Below, one piece after another: positions 26,263 to 35,876 of a stretch of DNA of 64,000 nucleotides; position 1 is the stretch's first letter, and each line of letters opens with the position of its first letter. The stretch lies in the IMG/VR virus record IMGVR_UViG_3300025057_000006, one strand, 5' to 3'. The DNA is from an uncultured virus (IMG/VR IMGVR_UViG_3300025057_000006) (lineage: Duplodnaviria > Heunggongvirae > Uroviricota > Caudoviricetes). A program made the position numbers and the translations under genes. Under the pieces are notes generated by a model that worked only from the letters and a program-made list of their open reading frames with translations, was not told where the DNA came from and did no database searches.

Positions 26263-27078
26263 ATGGCAATTCCTGGCGGAATGATGGACCGTGTTATTCA
26301 GGCACGCAAACAACAGCCTGGCTATAACCCGAATATTCTTGGTCCCCTTGGTCAACTTATGACTGGTGTAGGGAATTTAATTCAAGGACGCCCTTACGGA
26401 ACCAGCTTTACTGGAGTCGGTAACATCCCTCCTAGTGCCAGGGGGGAATCTTATCGTCGTGCCGAATTGCGCCTGGCAGATGCAGCACGCCCCGGCGGAG
26501 GAGGCGGTGGCGGTGGTAATGCCGGTTACTCCGTGACTCCCTTTTCTTTTCCCGCAGCAGAACGTGCTTACCAGTCAGATAAAGCGGCTATTGCTCAACA
26601 AGTAGCTAAGGATCCGCGTTTATCTCAGTACGAGCGTGATAGTGCAGCAGCCGTAGCTTCTGGCGATCAAGCCAGGATGGATGCTGTGCGTGACCAGGGG
26701 ATGGCAATCTGGGCGCAGAAAAATCCAGAATTAGCCAAGAAAGTAAAACCCGGCCAGGTTGGCTACGAAGCGATTCAGAGAGCCTTGTACCCAGGGGGCG
26801 CTCCTCTTCCTGCACTCCCCGCTGAATCAGAAGCAATGCTTAATGCGATTGCGCCAGTCGATGCCACAGGTATTCGTCCCGATGTAACGCCAATGCCTGG
26901 ACAACTGCCTGCATTCGGTACTGCATCTGATGCAATGTATCAAGCAGTTATTGGCAATGGTGCAGCCTTTACTCCAATGCCACAACAACAAGCTTTTATG
27001 ACTCCTCAGTTACAAGCGCAAGAACTTGCTGAAGCAGAAAAACAAGCAATGCTTGCACGTATTTTTGCCCAAAAATAA
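26263..27078 (+). CDS. Low-complexity hypothetical virion protein
   Basis: GGAGG SD before ATG 26263; poly-Gly tract. Confidence 0.75.
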   Translation: MAIPGGMMDRVIQARKQQPGYNPNILGPLGQLMTGVGNLIQGRPYGTSFTGVGNIPPSARGESYRRAELRLADAARPGGGGGGGGNAGYSVTPFSFPAAERAYQSDKAAIAQQVAKDPRLSQYERDSAAAVASGDQARMDAVRDQGMAIWAQKNPELAKKVKPGQVGYEAIQRALYPGGAPLPALPAESEAMLNAIAPVDATGIRPDVTPMPGQLPAFGTASDAMYQAVIGNGAAFTPMPQQQAFMTPQLQAQELAEAEKQAMLARIFAQK

Positions 27079-27083
27079 TATAC

Positions 27084-27110
27084 TTGGCGTTGCTTAGCAT
27101 GTAAGTCCAA
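27084..27110 (+). ncRNA. Family A element, copy 4 (plus strand)
   Basis: UUGG-CG-U-UGC-UUA-GCA-UG-UAAGU-CCAA; same fold as copies 1-3 with compensatory changes. Confidence 0.6.
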
Positions 27111-27164
27111 CCAGCTGGATACGAATCTTTGATTCACGGAGGCCAGTGTTGTTGCTTTAAACCA

Positions 27165-27287
27165 ATGATTCTCTGCCCTAATTTTGTTAAACGCACCCTT
27201 GCGTACCTGGCTACAACCCTGGCGCTACAAACCATTTTTGTTCCTGGTCTCAAGGCAAGTTCAAATTGGGTAGGAGAACAAAGCTAA
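27165..27287 (+). CDS. 40-aa signal-peptide-like small protein
   Basis: Manual translation MILCPNFVKRTLAYLATTLALQTIFVPGLKASSNWVGEQS. Confidence 0.5.
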   Translation: MILCPNFVKRTLAYLATTLALQTIFVPGLKASSNWVGEQS

Positions 27288-27294
27288 TGCAGCC

Positions 27295-27969
27295 ATGTCG
27301 TTAGATCCCAACGCTCTTATTGTTGCCAAGCGCATGCAAGCGGCTGGGTATTCACGCGGTCAAATCGCAGGCGCCCTTGGTAATTTCCAGCTGGAATCCG
27401 GCTTCAATCCTCGCATCAATGAGGGTGGTAAGGTTGGCGCACCCTTAGGTGTAGGTGGTTTTGGCTTAGCGCAGTGGACGGGTGGGCGTCAAAATGCTTT
27501 GATTAACTTTGCCAAACAAAAAGGACTAGATCCTGGCAGCGTTGAAGCACAAGCCGACTTTCTTATCCATGAGCTTCAAGGGCCAGAGAAAGCTGCTGGA
27601 CAATCGTTGCGTGGTGCTGTTTCCCCAGAAGAGGCGGCAAGGCGTTTCGTTACCGATTACGAGCGTGCAGGCATCCCCAAAACGGAAGCTCGCCAAAAAG
27701 CTGCCAGAGCAATTTATGAAAAACTCGGCACTCTAGATCAACCCACACAACAGGCCGCATCTAGATCACTCATTGATCCACAAAGCTTACTTGCTGCGTT
27801 TACAGGAGAACTGCTTTTGAATTCTCCTGCATTACAAGGTTCTGTGCTGAACCTTGCAATGAAACAAATGTCACCTGTACAGCGTGATGCGTTTTCTGCC
27901 CAATCTTTAACACCAGTTAGTCCTTATCTATCGGCATTAACTAGCACCGCTCGATTGCCAGGATTATAA
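27295..27969 (+). CDS. Phage tail lysozyme (Phage_lysozyme2-like)
   Basis: IAGALGNFQLESGFNP...GLAQWTGGR...YERAG motifs. Confidence 0.85.
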   Translation: MSLDPNALIVAKRMQAAGYSRGQIAGALGNFQLESGFNPRINEGGKVGAPLGVGGFGLAQWTGGRQNALINFAKQKGLDPGSVEAQADFLIHELQGPEKAAGQSLRGAVSPEEAARRFVTDYERAGIPKTEARQKAARAIYEKLGTLDQPTQQAASRSLIDPQSLLAAFTGELLLNSPALQGSVLNLAMKQMSPVQRDAFSAQSLTPVSPYLSALTSTARLPGL

Positions 27970-27994
27970 TAAATAAAAAACAAGGTATAGAACA

Positions 27995-28774
27995 TTGTCG
28001 TCAACCTCTACAAACAAGCAGCCGCTGCTGGTTGATCGTCCGTTATTCGACTCCGTTCGAGTAACAACGCAGACTGTTGGCAGTGCAGCATCCAATACCT
28101 TATTTGTTCAGGGTGGACAAGCGCCGTCCATCCTGGTTGACATGGACGCTGAATTAAGCGAAGACAATAACAATGGCGGGGTTGTAGATTCTATTACTAT
28201 TGCCCGCAATGACTTTCACCGTGACCCAGATTACACAGTTAACGTTTCGACTTCTGGCACTGTTATATCTCTTGTCAGTGGTCAGATTGTTTTTATTTCT
28301 GCCACTGGGGTCTTAGGCACTGCTGCAGAGAGTGGCTATGGTTATTACACATATACCGGCGCAACAACTCTCACAGGTGTTAATACTTCTCTAATTTATT
28401 CAGGCGGTACATCGAGCGGATTTACTTACAACGGTTCTGCATATGGCTATAAACCAGCCGTAACTTTTGTGTTTTACCAGACTCGTGGAACAACAACCCC
28501 AGTTCCAGCATCTGGTGATTATCGAGTTCTTTTTGCAAAGACTGTACCCGCAAACAGCGGCATAGTTGATTGCTCCGATGTCATGCCTCAACTTGCTACT
28601 CCCACAGTTCAAGCAGGCAATACTAATGGCCTTGGTGCCAGCGCCCCACTCCGAAACAAAGGAATCTACCTGGAACGTGGCGATCGTATTTACGTTGGGG
28701 TTTTCCCTGATGGCGCTAATATTTCCGGCTATACCCCTGGCGTTCACATTACGGCACAAGGCGGCTTCTTCTGA
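27995..28774 (+). CDS. Probable structural protein
   Basis: Beta-rich Thr/Gly/Ser composition; TATAAT 24 nt upstream. Confidence 0.7.
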   Translation: MSSTSTNKQPLLVDRPLFDSVRVTTQTVGSAASNTLFVQGGQAPSILVDMDAELSEDNNNGGVVDSITIARNDFHRDPDYTVNVSTSGTVISLVSGQIVFISATGVLGTAAESGYGYYTYTGATTLTGVNTSLIYSGGTSSGFTYNGSAYGYKPAVTFVFYQTRGTTTPVPASGDYRVLFAKTVPANSGIVDCSDVMPQLATPTVQAGNTNGLGASAPLRNKGIYLERGDRIYVGVFPDGANISGYTPGVHITAQGGFF

Positions 28775-28776
28775 TT

Positions 28777-30339
28777 ATGGCCAAAAAGAGTGGTAGCTCT
28801 TTTGGAAATTTCAGTAGGAAAGAAGTTTTTATTCCTCGTGCTGTAAAGCCAATTACGACTGAGTTTTCAAAAGGCTCTGTCCCAGATTCTATCTATACAG
28901 TTAACCGAGAAGCGGCATGGTCTCGTTGGCGCAGAGGGTATGAACTTGCGACCGCTGCTTTTTATGATAACTCTTACGATTATCCTTTTACTTATACAAT
29001 ACCCTTACCACCAGGGCTACCACCCTCCAATGGAAATCAGCCTAAGATTCCTGGGGTCTTTAAAGGCTTTCCAACTAAAAACAAGGAATTTGGAATGCAT
29101 TGGGCTGGCGTACGTGTTGCCGGTAGCTTGCGTTTAGACAACATAGAAGATACAAGTGGAACACCCGCTTCAATCGCCTCTGTTACAGAGGATGATAGCT
29201 TCTGGTACGTACAACTTTCTGGTTCATGGAGCGCCCTTAATCCTTTGCCACCTCCACTATATGTACCGATTCCAGGAGTTCCAGGAGGCCTAAAGGCTAT
29301 TAACGGAGAAATCCTAGAAGATAGAATTATCAGCGCAGGTGGGGTGCCTATTGATCGGAATACAATTAATCCGGCGACACAAAAAAGATATGGTTATGTA
29401 TCTGCTGTTCTTGTAGATACAGATCCATTCAATGGGATTCTTAAGTTACAAAAGGCCGGTTCGGTTGAAGCCACTCCCGATAGAACTTTAGTGACGCCTG
29501 CCACTAAACCTCCAGATGTGAGCCGCTTTTTAATGACGGGAACACGATATTGCTGTTCTTGTCAAGACTTCAATAGAAGGGATTACGCATTTGTTTCTTC
29601 TTTGAACAAAGTATCAAATTCGCTAAAAAGTAAATTCCCGAGAACAAACATTGCTGTTTTAAAGCCAGGACGTTACGAAGTATTGACAGAAAATGGTGTC
29701 GTCAATAATGCGGCAATGACTAGCGCAACAACAAACAGAGATATGCGGATTATCTCGCCTGCTCCTGAATATAACGTTCCGCCAACTATTACTCCAACTA
29801 CATCAACAAAAACAGGCGCAAACAGAGATAATCCAGGTGTTTTTAGAGACTTTGGTTCAATGTATTTAAGAAGCACAACAGACCCATCTTTACCTGGCGC
29901 AAAGTCAGAAGGAATGCCTTCTTACGGTGATTACGCAGCAGAAGGAAATGTAATTGTATCCCTTACCGATACATGGACACCTCTACTAGATGAGATGCGT
30001 TACTGCAAACATATCTATGCGATGAAATATGAAGAAGGTGTATTTCCTCCAGAGCCTTCTGATTTTCCCGTTGGAATAGAAAGCATGGCGGCTTGGGAAC
30101 AAGACCTTGTCCAAAAAACAGAAAGCGATCAACTCGAAGCAAGAGCAGCAAATCAACAAAGAATTTCTTTGTCCTTGATGGATGTACCTCCTTACAATTG
30201 TCAGGCTCCAATGATGATGCCAATGATGCAGAAGCTATTCAATGTTCCCTCTACTTTTATCAAGATGGCCGGGTTCACCATGTTTGACAAGAGCGGCAAT
30301 ACGTATATACCAGCATCTGGCGAGCTGCCCTCTTCTTAA
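28777..30339 (+). CDS. Hypothetical protein with a split SWIM-type Zn finger
   Basis: CSCQDF ... YCKHIYA. Confidence 0.7.
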   Translation: MAKKSGSSFGNFSRKEVFIPRAVKPITTEFSKGSVPDSIYTVNREAAWSRWRRGYELATAAFYDNSYDYPFTYTIPLPPGLPPSNGNQPKIPGVFKGFPTKNKEFGMHWAGVRVAGSLRLDNIEDTSGTPASIASVTEDDSFWYVQLSGSWSALNPLPPPLYVPIPGVPGGLKAINGEILEDRIISAGGVPIDRNTINPATQKRYGYVSAVLVDTDPFNGILKLQKAGSVEATPDRTLVTPATKPPDVSRFLMTGTRYCCSCQDFNRRDYAFVSSLNKVSNSLKSKFPRTNIAVLKPGRYEVLTENGVVNNAAMTSATTNRDMRIISPAPEYNVPPTITPTTSTKTGANRDNPGVFRDFGSMYLRSTTDPSLPGAKSEGMPSYGDYAAEGNVIVSLTDTWTPLLDEMRYCKHIYAMKYEEGVFPPEPSDFPVGIESMAAWEQDLVQKTESDQLEARAANQQRISLSLMDVPPYNCQAPMMMPMMQKLFNVPSTFIKMAGFTMFDKSGNTYIPASGELPSS

Positions 30340-30404
30340 AATGTAAAGATGAATTGACCGTCAGTAAGCGTTAGAGTTAAAATTAACTATAATTTTTGAT
30401 TATA

Positions 30405-30647
30405 ATGGCAGCGCCAGATGAGTTAGAACCCAAGTTTGGGGACGTTGTTGAATCTAATTTTATTTATTCTGAACAACAGTTTGGCAAAAGAATTTACGGA
30501 GAAAGCACTGTTTCCTATAGGGGTTCGCCAACTGTTTACCATGTTGGTGATGTAGTACATCTTCCGTATGTGTCCGGAGAGGTTTCAACCATAGAAGCGA
30601 TAGGCCTGGCCTGGGAGGCATATGCCAGTGGAATCCCGCCAGCTTAA
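30405..30647 (+). CDS. Hypothetical protein
   Basis: ORF track; start moved to ATG 30405. Confidence 0.7.
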   Translation: MAAPDELEPKFGDVVESNFIYSEQQFGKRIYGESTVSYRGSPTVYHVGDVVHLPYVSGEVSTIEAIGLAWEAYASGIPPA

Positions 30648-30757
30648 TATAATGTAAACTTATATTAGTCCCGTTGGACTGATTAAGAATTCCTTTAGCA
30701 CTGGCGCGTGGGCCACACGTTTGTTTAGGTTGCGGTTAACTTCATCCCATACGACTC

Positions 30758-31180
30758 ATGACACATCAGCCCCCTTTGGACCAGCGAATAGTAGATGAGT
30801 ATTTTCGCTTGGCTTCTGGCAAAAGAACAAAAGCAATTGCGTGGCTTTATGCCATGGTTGCAACCTATGGTTTGAAACCAGAAGAACTCCTGGGTTTTGC
30901 GTGGCAACCAGATTTTTCTATTTCTGTACCCAGCAAAAAAAGAGCAGTTCATCCATTTCATCCACAGTGGGTTTCTTTATTTGGTTTAAAAGAAAAGCAG
31001 CCCCGTAAAATACAGGACTGCTGGAATCTAGTTTCCTTAGCACTTTATGAAGCAATGGCTTTTCAAGACGTGGAATTAAACATCACGGATTTAATTCTTG
31101 GTCATAGGCTTCGTAAAAACCACTACCGCGATCTCAAGCAGCGACGGGCATCATCCCCTGCTTTTGCAGGTGTTTCCTGA
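30758..31180 (+). CDS. Degenerate tyrosine-recombinase-derived protein
   Basis: WLYAMVATYGLKPEE and HPQWVSLFGL resemble cyanobacterial integrase motifs; catalytic residues apparently lost. Confidence 0.6.
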   Translation: MTHQPPLDQRIVDEYFRLASGKRTKAIAWLYAMVATYGLKPEELLGFAWQPDFSISVPSKKRAVHPFHPQWVSLFGLKEKQPRKIQDCWNLVSLALYEAMAFQDVELNITDLILGHRLRKNHYRDLKQRRASSPAFAGVS

Positions 31181-31352
31181 CCGCCTTTACATTCCAACGA
31201 TAGCTATCGCGGGAACGCGTTTCCGGAAAGGCGGCAAAGTGTGGACCCAGTTTCAAAGTACCGTCATCGCGATACTTAAAAAGAGTCTTGCGGTCGATCC
31301 CAAGAAGCTCTTCAACTTGTTGGGCTGAGACCCAGCCTGGATGCTTAGCCAT
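31134..31352 (-). CDS. Excisionase/MerR-like HTH protein
   Basis: WVSAQQVEELLGIDRKTLFKYR...LKLGPHF. Confidence 0.75.
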   Translation of the reverse strand: MAKHPGWVSAQQVEELLGIDRKTLFKYRDDGTLKLGPHFAAFPETRSRDSYRWNVKAVRKHLQKQGMMPVAA

Positions 31353-31488
31353 TGGACTGGCATTGATTACTCATATACCTTACCTCTCGTCAATAGGCTG
31401 TCAATACGTTTAATTAAAATTTAATCTGTTTGTTTAAGCCAGGAAATTGTGTGGGGAAATTAAAATAAATTAACGGCAATTAAATAGC

Positions 31489-31830
31489 ATGTTTTGCAAC
31501 GAGCACGAGCCCCTCGCCCTGCTAGTTGAATTAACACCAAAACTTGCAAAGAAAAGATTCAGAGAAAGTATATATCAAGCATGGAATCATAAATGTGGTT
31601 ACTGTGGAGACGGCGCAACAAGCCTGGACCATATCATCCCAAGATTTAAATCCGGCTCGTCAAATCGGCACAATCTTATTCCTTGTTGTAGACGCTGCAA
31701 TGCTCACAAAGGATCAGAAGACATGAAAAGCTGGTTTAAGCGACAATCCTTCTTTTCAGTTGAAACTCTTGATAGGATTGAATCCTGGATAAAACAAGAA
31801 GCTACTTTTATTTTTGGTGATTACTCATGA
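31489..31830 (+). CDS. HNH endonuclease
   Basis: CGYC...DHIIPR...NLIPCCRRCNAHK. Confidence 0.9.
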   Translation: MFCNEHEPLALLVELTPKLAKKRFRESIYQAWNHKCGYCGDGATSLDHIIPRFKSGSSNRHNLIPCCRRCNAHKGSEDMKSWFKRQSFFSVETLDRIESWIKQEATFIFGDYS

Positions 31831-34706
31831 CAATCTACGACGACTATGTTGATCAATATAGCGATCTTCGTACTGCGTATGCAAATAGTGGCCCTGATGA
31901 TTTTGTGGCGTATGTAAATAGCTATTCAGATTTAGTTGCAGATTATCAGGTTAATAATAATGGACGAAGTGTAGCACAGTACGGACAAGATCATTACAAT
32001 ACATGGGGACGATCAGAAGGCAGAATCGTACCCAAAGCACCCCCGACACAAACCAAAAGCCAATGGGGCCTTAATCATTGGAATGATTGGGGAAGAAATG
32101 AGGCACGTATGTTGCCAGGAGCAAAAATCGCATTAAATAATAATGGGACAGTTAGTCTTACGGGAACAAATTTAATTGGCTCGAGACTGCTTGATGGCTA
32201 CCGAGATCTTGTGAGCACTATTAACGGTGCAAGGGCCGGCGGATATAAAGCATTGATGAGTGGGCTTGTGCCAGCGCTTGGCGTAAGAGGCTCAACCCAA
32301 CAAAATCTATTGTGGAGAGATTTAGTTGATAACAACATTATTGACATCACCAACGCTAGTTATACAGAAAGAAACATAACGCCATGGAATCCAGTTACCA
32401 GTGGAGCGCAGCCACCGGTAGGTTCATTTAATTCAAGTTATTACATAGACAATACAGATGGAGGAAAAGATGCAAAAAGTGGATGGACTAGGGCGCAAAG
32501 ATCTGCCAGCACAGGACTAAGCACTCGGCCCATTTCTTTACCCGATTTAGACATTACATTAACTTACGGTAGCCAAAGCAATTATGCGCATTGGCATTAT
32601 ACGACTCAAGGTAAAGCAGAAGGAAACCGTGGCAATGCACCCGAAGCAGCAGACGAAGCAGATGGATTCCAGGAAGTGTTGACAGATTATGAAAAACAAC
32701 TGTACAGAGACCAAGTATTGGGCATTGTTACAGATCCCACTGGTGCTGAAAAAGTGGTAATGTCTACACCAGAATTTGACGAAGAAGGTAATCTAATAAA
32801 CACAGAAGAAATTGATACCTTACTTGAGCAAACATTTGGGCAGACCCTCAGTGCACAAGATTACCAAAAAGAAAAACAACTCGGCTCACTTGCCCAGGAC
32901 CTTTTAAAAGTCAGTATTGATGAATTAAAAAAAGCAAAGCTTGAAGAATCAAATCTGGGTTTAATGAAAGGTTTACCAGGATATAACGACATTCTCAATA
33001 TCAACACGACTCTTGCCAATTCAATTATTGGAGACACGGGAATCGGAGGGATTCTGTCTCTCTCTGGATCAAGGCAAAAGGCGACAGAACAAATTGAAAA
33101 AGGAATTGGAGAAATTACCGGACTGAGCTCTAACACTACCATTTATAACTGGCAAAAATGGTTTGATGAAACTTTGATTAAAAGATATGAAGAGTATGAA
33201 ATTGAAGCAAAAGAATTCGGTGAAGAAGAACTGTCTACTTTACAAACAAACGCAAAAGAAGAAATTGCTGCTTATGAAAAAGATCCAACGCTCCCCAGGC
33301 CCATCTTTTTAGATATTGCAGAAAAATATAAGGAGGGGGACAGGGTTTTAGATGTTAACAATATGGAAGATTTTAAAAAAATAATGTTCCATATTGACAT
33401 GGAGTCCAAAAAAGAATTTGTTACTAACTTTATTGATGGCTATCTTAAGCCACGTTTTGACCAATCAAAATCTATGGATGAATTTATTAGTTATTTAGAT
33501 GTGAAAGAAGAAGAGCAAAATGTTTTCCAATCGCAAACAACAATCAATAAACTCAAAGAAATTGCAAACTTAAGATCTAGATCTTTTCTTGATTTATTGC
33601 AAACATCAGAAACAACCACTAAAAATTTTGATACGTCTTTTTACTTTGATCCGGTGGCCAACAACAGCAAGCTTGTTGGGCCTGAAAAATTAAAACAATA
33701 TGAGCTTCAGCGAGATCTTGTCGCTACTGACTTTGAAAATGCAAAGAATGGTGTTGTTGGTGATGATGGGATTGATTGGGCTATTGAAGCTTATCGCTAT
33801 GGAATGGAAGGCACATATGCAACCGATCGCGATGTGTTTGCAAAATTGCACTATCAAGCAAAAGGAAGCACAGGTGCCGTAACAGACGCTGAAGGCAATC
33901 CTTTCCTCCTGGATCCAGCCGAAGACATTTTGCCGTACCAGGAACTTGAGAAGAAGATTAAAAATTTTGGCGTAGAAATGGCGGCAAGGCGAGAGTTCTA
34001 TGGCGGAGCGGGCTTTATGAAATTTGTTACGCCAGAAGAATATGCTGATGCACTTCTTGGATCAATTGACCCACTAAAAGACAAAGAAAGCTGGGATGAA
34101 ATTTTAAAAACAGTTGGCCTTGAAGGTGAGGATATAACGATTGAACAGGTCAAAGAATATTTGATAGAACAATTGCGTACTGAAGAAGCAAGAAATATTC
34201 GAGAAAATATTAAATACTTAAACGAACAACAAGACAAAATTAATCAACAGACTCTTGGGGTTAGTTATATTGAGCGCCCAGAAGATGTCAAAGAAGAACA
34301 GCCTAAAAACCCTACAGCTTTATATACATTCTTTAAAAATGCGGGTTACGGGGGTACCGAAGACGCCTTTTACACAGAATTCTTCCCAGATTTAGATCGC
34401 AGCGAACAAGAATTAGTTACAAAAGTAGGAACAGGCACTCCGTTTGAAAGTGTTCTTTCTGATGCAACGGATCCCTTTAAGGCGTTTTCTACTGTTAGTA
34501 CTTTATTTGCAGATGACGAAAACCTCGAAACCCCAGAATCCCCCTTAGCCATAAAACTGTTCGGATCTAAACAAGAAGAAGAAACAACTTCAGCCGAACC
34601 TTCTTATTTTAAAATATTTGAAAGCGATGAAGAAGTTCCAGAAAAAAGCGAAGCTGCAACTTCTTTCTTAAAAGAATTTACTTCACTGTTTAAAGGATTT
34701 AGCTAA
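31827..34706 (+). CDS. Large acidic hypothetical virion protein, 959 aa
   Basis: Long ORF; repeated HY/HW..G..EGR modules. Confidence 0.85.
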   Translation: MTIYDDYVDQYSDLRTAYANSGPDDFVAYVNSYSDLVADYQVNNNGRSVAQYGQDHYNTWGRSEGRIVPKAPPTQTKSQWGLNHWNDWGRNEARMLPGAKIALNNNGTVSLTGTNLIGSRLLDGYRDLVSTINGARAGGYKALMSGLVPALGVRGSTQQNLLWRDLVDNNIIDITNASYTERNITPWNPVTSGAQPPVGSFNSSYYIDNTDGGKDAKSGWTRAQRSASTGLSTRPISLPDLDITLTYGSQSNYAHWHYTTQGKAEGNRGNAPEAADEADGFQEVLTDYEKQLYRDQVLGIVTDPTGAEKVVMSTPEFDEEGNLINTEEIDTLLEQTFGQTLSAQDYQKEKQLGSLAQDLLKVSIDELKKAKLEESNLGLMKGLPGYNDILNINTTLANSIIGDTGIGGILSLSGSRQKATEQIEKGIGEITGLSSNTTIYNWQKWFDETLIKRYEEYEIEAKEFGEEELSTLQTNAKEEIAAYEKDPTLPRPIFLDIAEKYKEGDRVLDVNNMEDFKKIMFHIDMESKKEFVTNFIDGYLKPRFDQSKSMDEFISYLDVKEEEQNVFQSQTTINKLKEIANLRSRSFLDLLQTSETTTKNFDTSFYFDPVANNSKLVGPEKLKQYELQRDLVATDFENAKNGVVGDDGIDWAIEAYRYGMEGTYATDRDVFAKLHYQAKGSTGAVTDAEGNPFLLDPAEDILPYQELEKKIKNFGVEMAARREFYGGAGFMKFVTPEEYADALLGSIDPLKDKESWDEILKTVGLEGEDITIEQVKEYLIEQLRTEEARNIRENIKYLNEQQDKINQQTLGVSYIERPEDVKEEQPKNPTALYTFFKNAGYGGTEDAFYTEFFPDLDRSEQELVTKVGTGTPFESVLSDATDPFKAFSTVSTLFADDENLETPESPLAIKLFGSKQEEETTSAEPSYFKIFESDEEVPEKSEAATSFLKEFTSLFKGFS

Positions 34707-34993
34707 TGTCAGACAAAAGAAAGAAAGCAGCCGCCGCAGCCGGAAAATATAAGAAAGAAAACATGAAGTGCAATGAGCCTCAACGAGCACCAAAGGGGGA
34801 TAAACATAAATATGTTGTGAAGGCTTGCCAAGGGGGCAAGGAGGCGATTGTCCGTTTTGGGGCGAGAGGTTACGAAGATTATCTACAACACAAAGACGAG
34901 GGAAGACGTGCTAATTTTAAGGCACGCCACAACTGCTCCGAGAAGAAAGACAAACTGACTCCCGGATGGTGGGCTTGTAACTACAACTGGTAA
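34706..34993 (+). CDS. Small basic conserved phage protein
   Basis: IVRFG...RRANFKARHNC...GWWAC..W. Confidence 0.8.
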   Translation: MSDKRKKAAAAAGKYKKENMKCNEPQRAPKGDKHKYVVKACQGGKEAIVRFGARGYEDYLQHKDEGRRANFKARHNCSEKKDKLTPGWWACNYNW

Positions 34994-34996
34994 ATC

Positions 34997-35122
34997 ATGG
35001 CCAAACCAAAATCAGGTTCAATGGTTAAGCTTGAGTCCAAACCCAAGCTCACACGACAAGGGGACGGGAAGCATTCAAAGGCTAATCATGGCCGAAAGCT
35101 CTCTCGTGGTCAAGGCAAATAA
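34997..35122 (+). CDS. Small basic protein (41 aa)
   Basis: Manual translation ...KPKLTRQGDGKHSK...RGQGK, a pattern recurrent in cyanophages. Confidence 0.7.
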   Translation: MAKPKSGSMVKLESKPKLTRQGDGKHSKANHGRKLSRGQGK

Positions 35123-35157
35123 ATTATGTATGATTGGAGATATTGTTGAATATCTCC

Positions 35158-35832
35158 ATGAAAGATTATTGTCTTGCGATTGAACTAATCTGCAAATACG
35201 AGGGCTTCAATGAGAAGGCGTACCCCGATCCAGCGACCGGTGGTGCGCCTTTTACCTTTGGTTTTGGTAGCCAGTATTATCCAGATGGCAGCCCTGTCTT
35301 AAAGGGCCATTGCTGCACAAAACACAAAGCATTGGAATATTTAACACACGAGTTAAACATCATTGACGACCTCTTGGAAAAAGAGAATATAAAACTTGAT
35401 TACCATATGAAGCAATCTTTGTTGTCTTTTATTCATTCTGTTGGTTGGGAACCCTTCCGCTACAGCGAGTTATTAGATGACATTGAAAACGAAGACTGGT
35501 CTGCTGTTGTTGATTGCATGATGAAATGGATCTATGACCATGAAGGACAAGCAACGGGTGGGCTCTTAAGTCGTCGCAAGGAAGAAGTAAGGCTTTTCTT
35601 GTATGACATCAATCCAATTCAGTATTGTTCCTCCAATATTTTGTTAAAAGCTTTCAGATGTTATTCAGGCACTCCCAACCAAATCAACGCGATCCAAGAA
35701 CTGGAAGAGACAATCAACCCCTATGTTCTGACTGATTTTTCCAACTCTTTTGAGTTGAGCAACGTTGTGTGGCTGGATGAACTTCTTGGAGAAGAGGGAT
35801 CGATTGAGAATTTTTCCACCTATGTGGATTGA
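35158..35832 (+). CDS. GH24 phage lysozyme
   Basis: LICKYEG...AYPDP...FTFGFG and GLLSRRKEE. Confidence 0.85.
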   Translation: MKDYCLAIELICKYEGFNEKAYPDPATGGAPFTFGFGSQYYPDGSPVLKGHCCTKHKALEYLTHELNIIDDLLEKENIKLDYHMKQSLLSFIHSVGWEPFRYSELLDDIENEDWSAVVDCMMKWIYDHEGQATGGLLSRRKEEVRLFLYDINPIQYCSSNILLKAFRCYSGTPNQINAIQELEETINPYVLTDFSNSFELSNVVWLDELLGEEGSIENFSTYVD

Positions 35833-35876
35833 TTAATGCGTGGTCGTAGAATAAACTGATAGAAATTGTGGATACC

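Noticed and set aside
30648..31488. Functional integration module or attP
   Set aside because: Integrase-like ORF lacks catalytic residues and I could not identify an att core or prophage boundary
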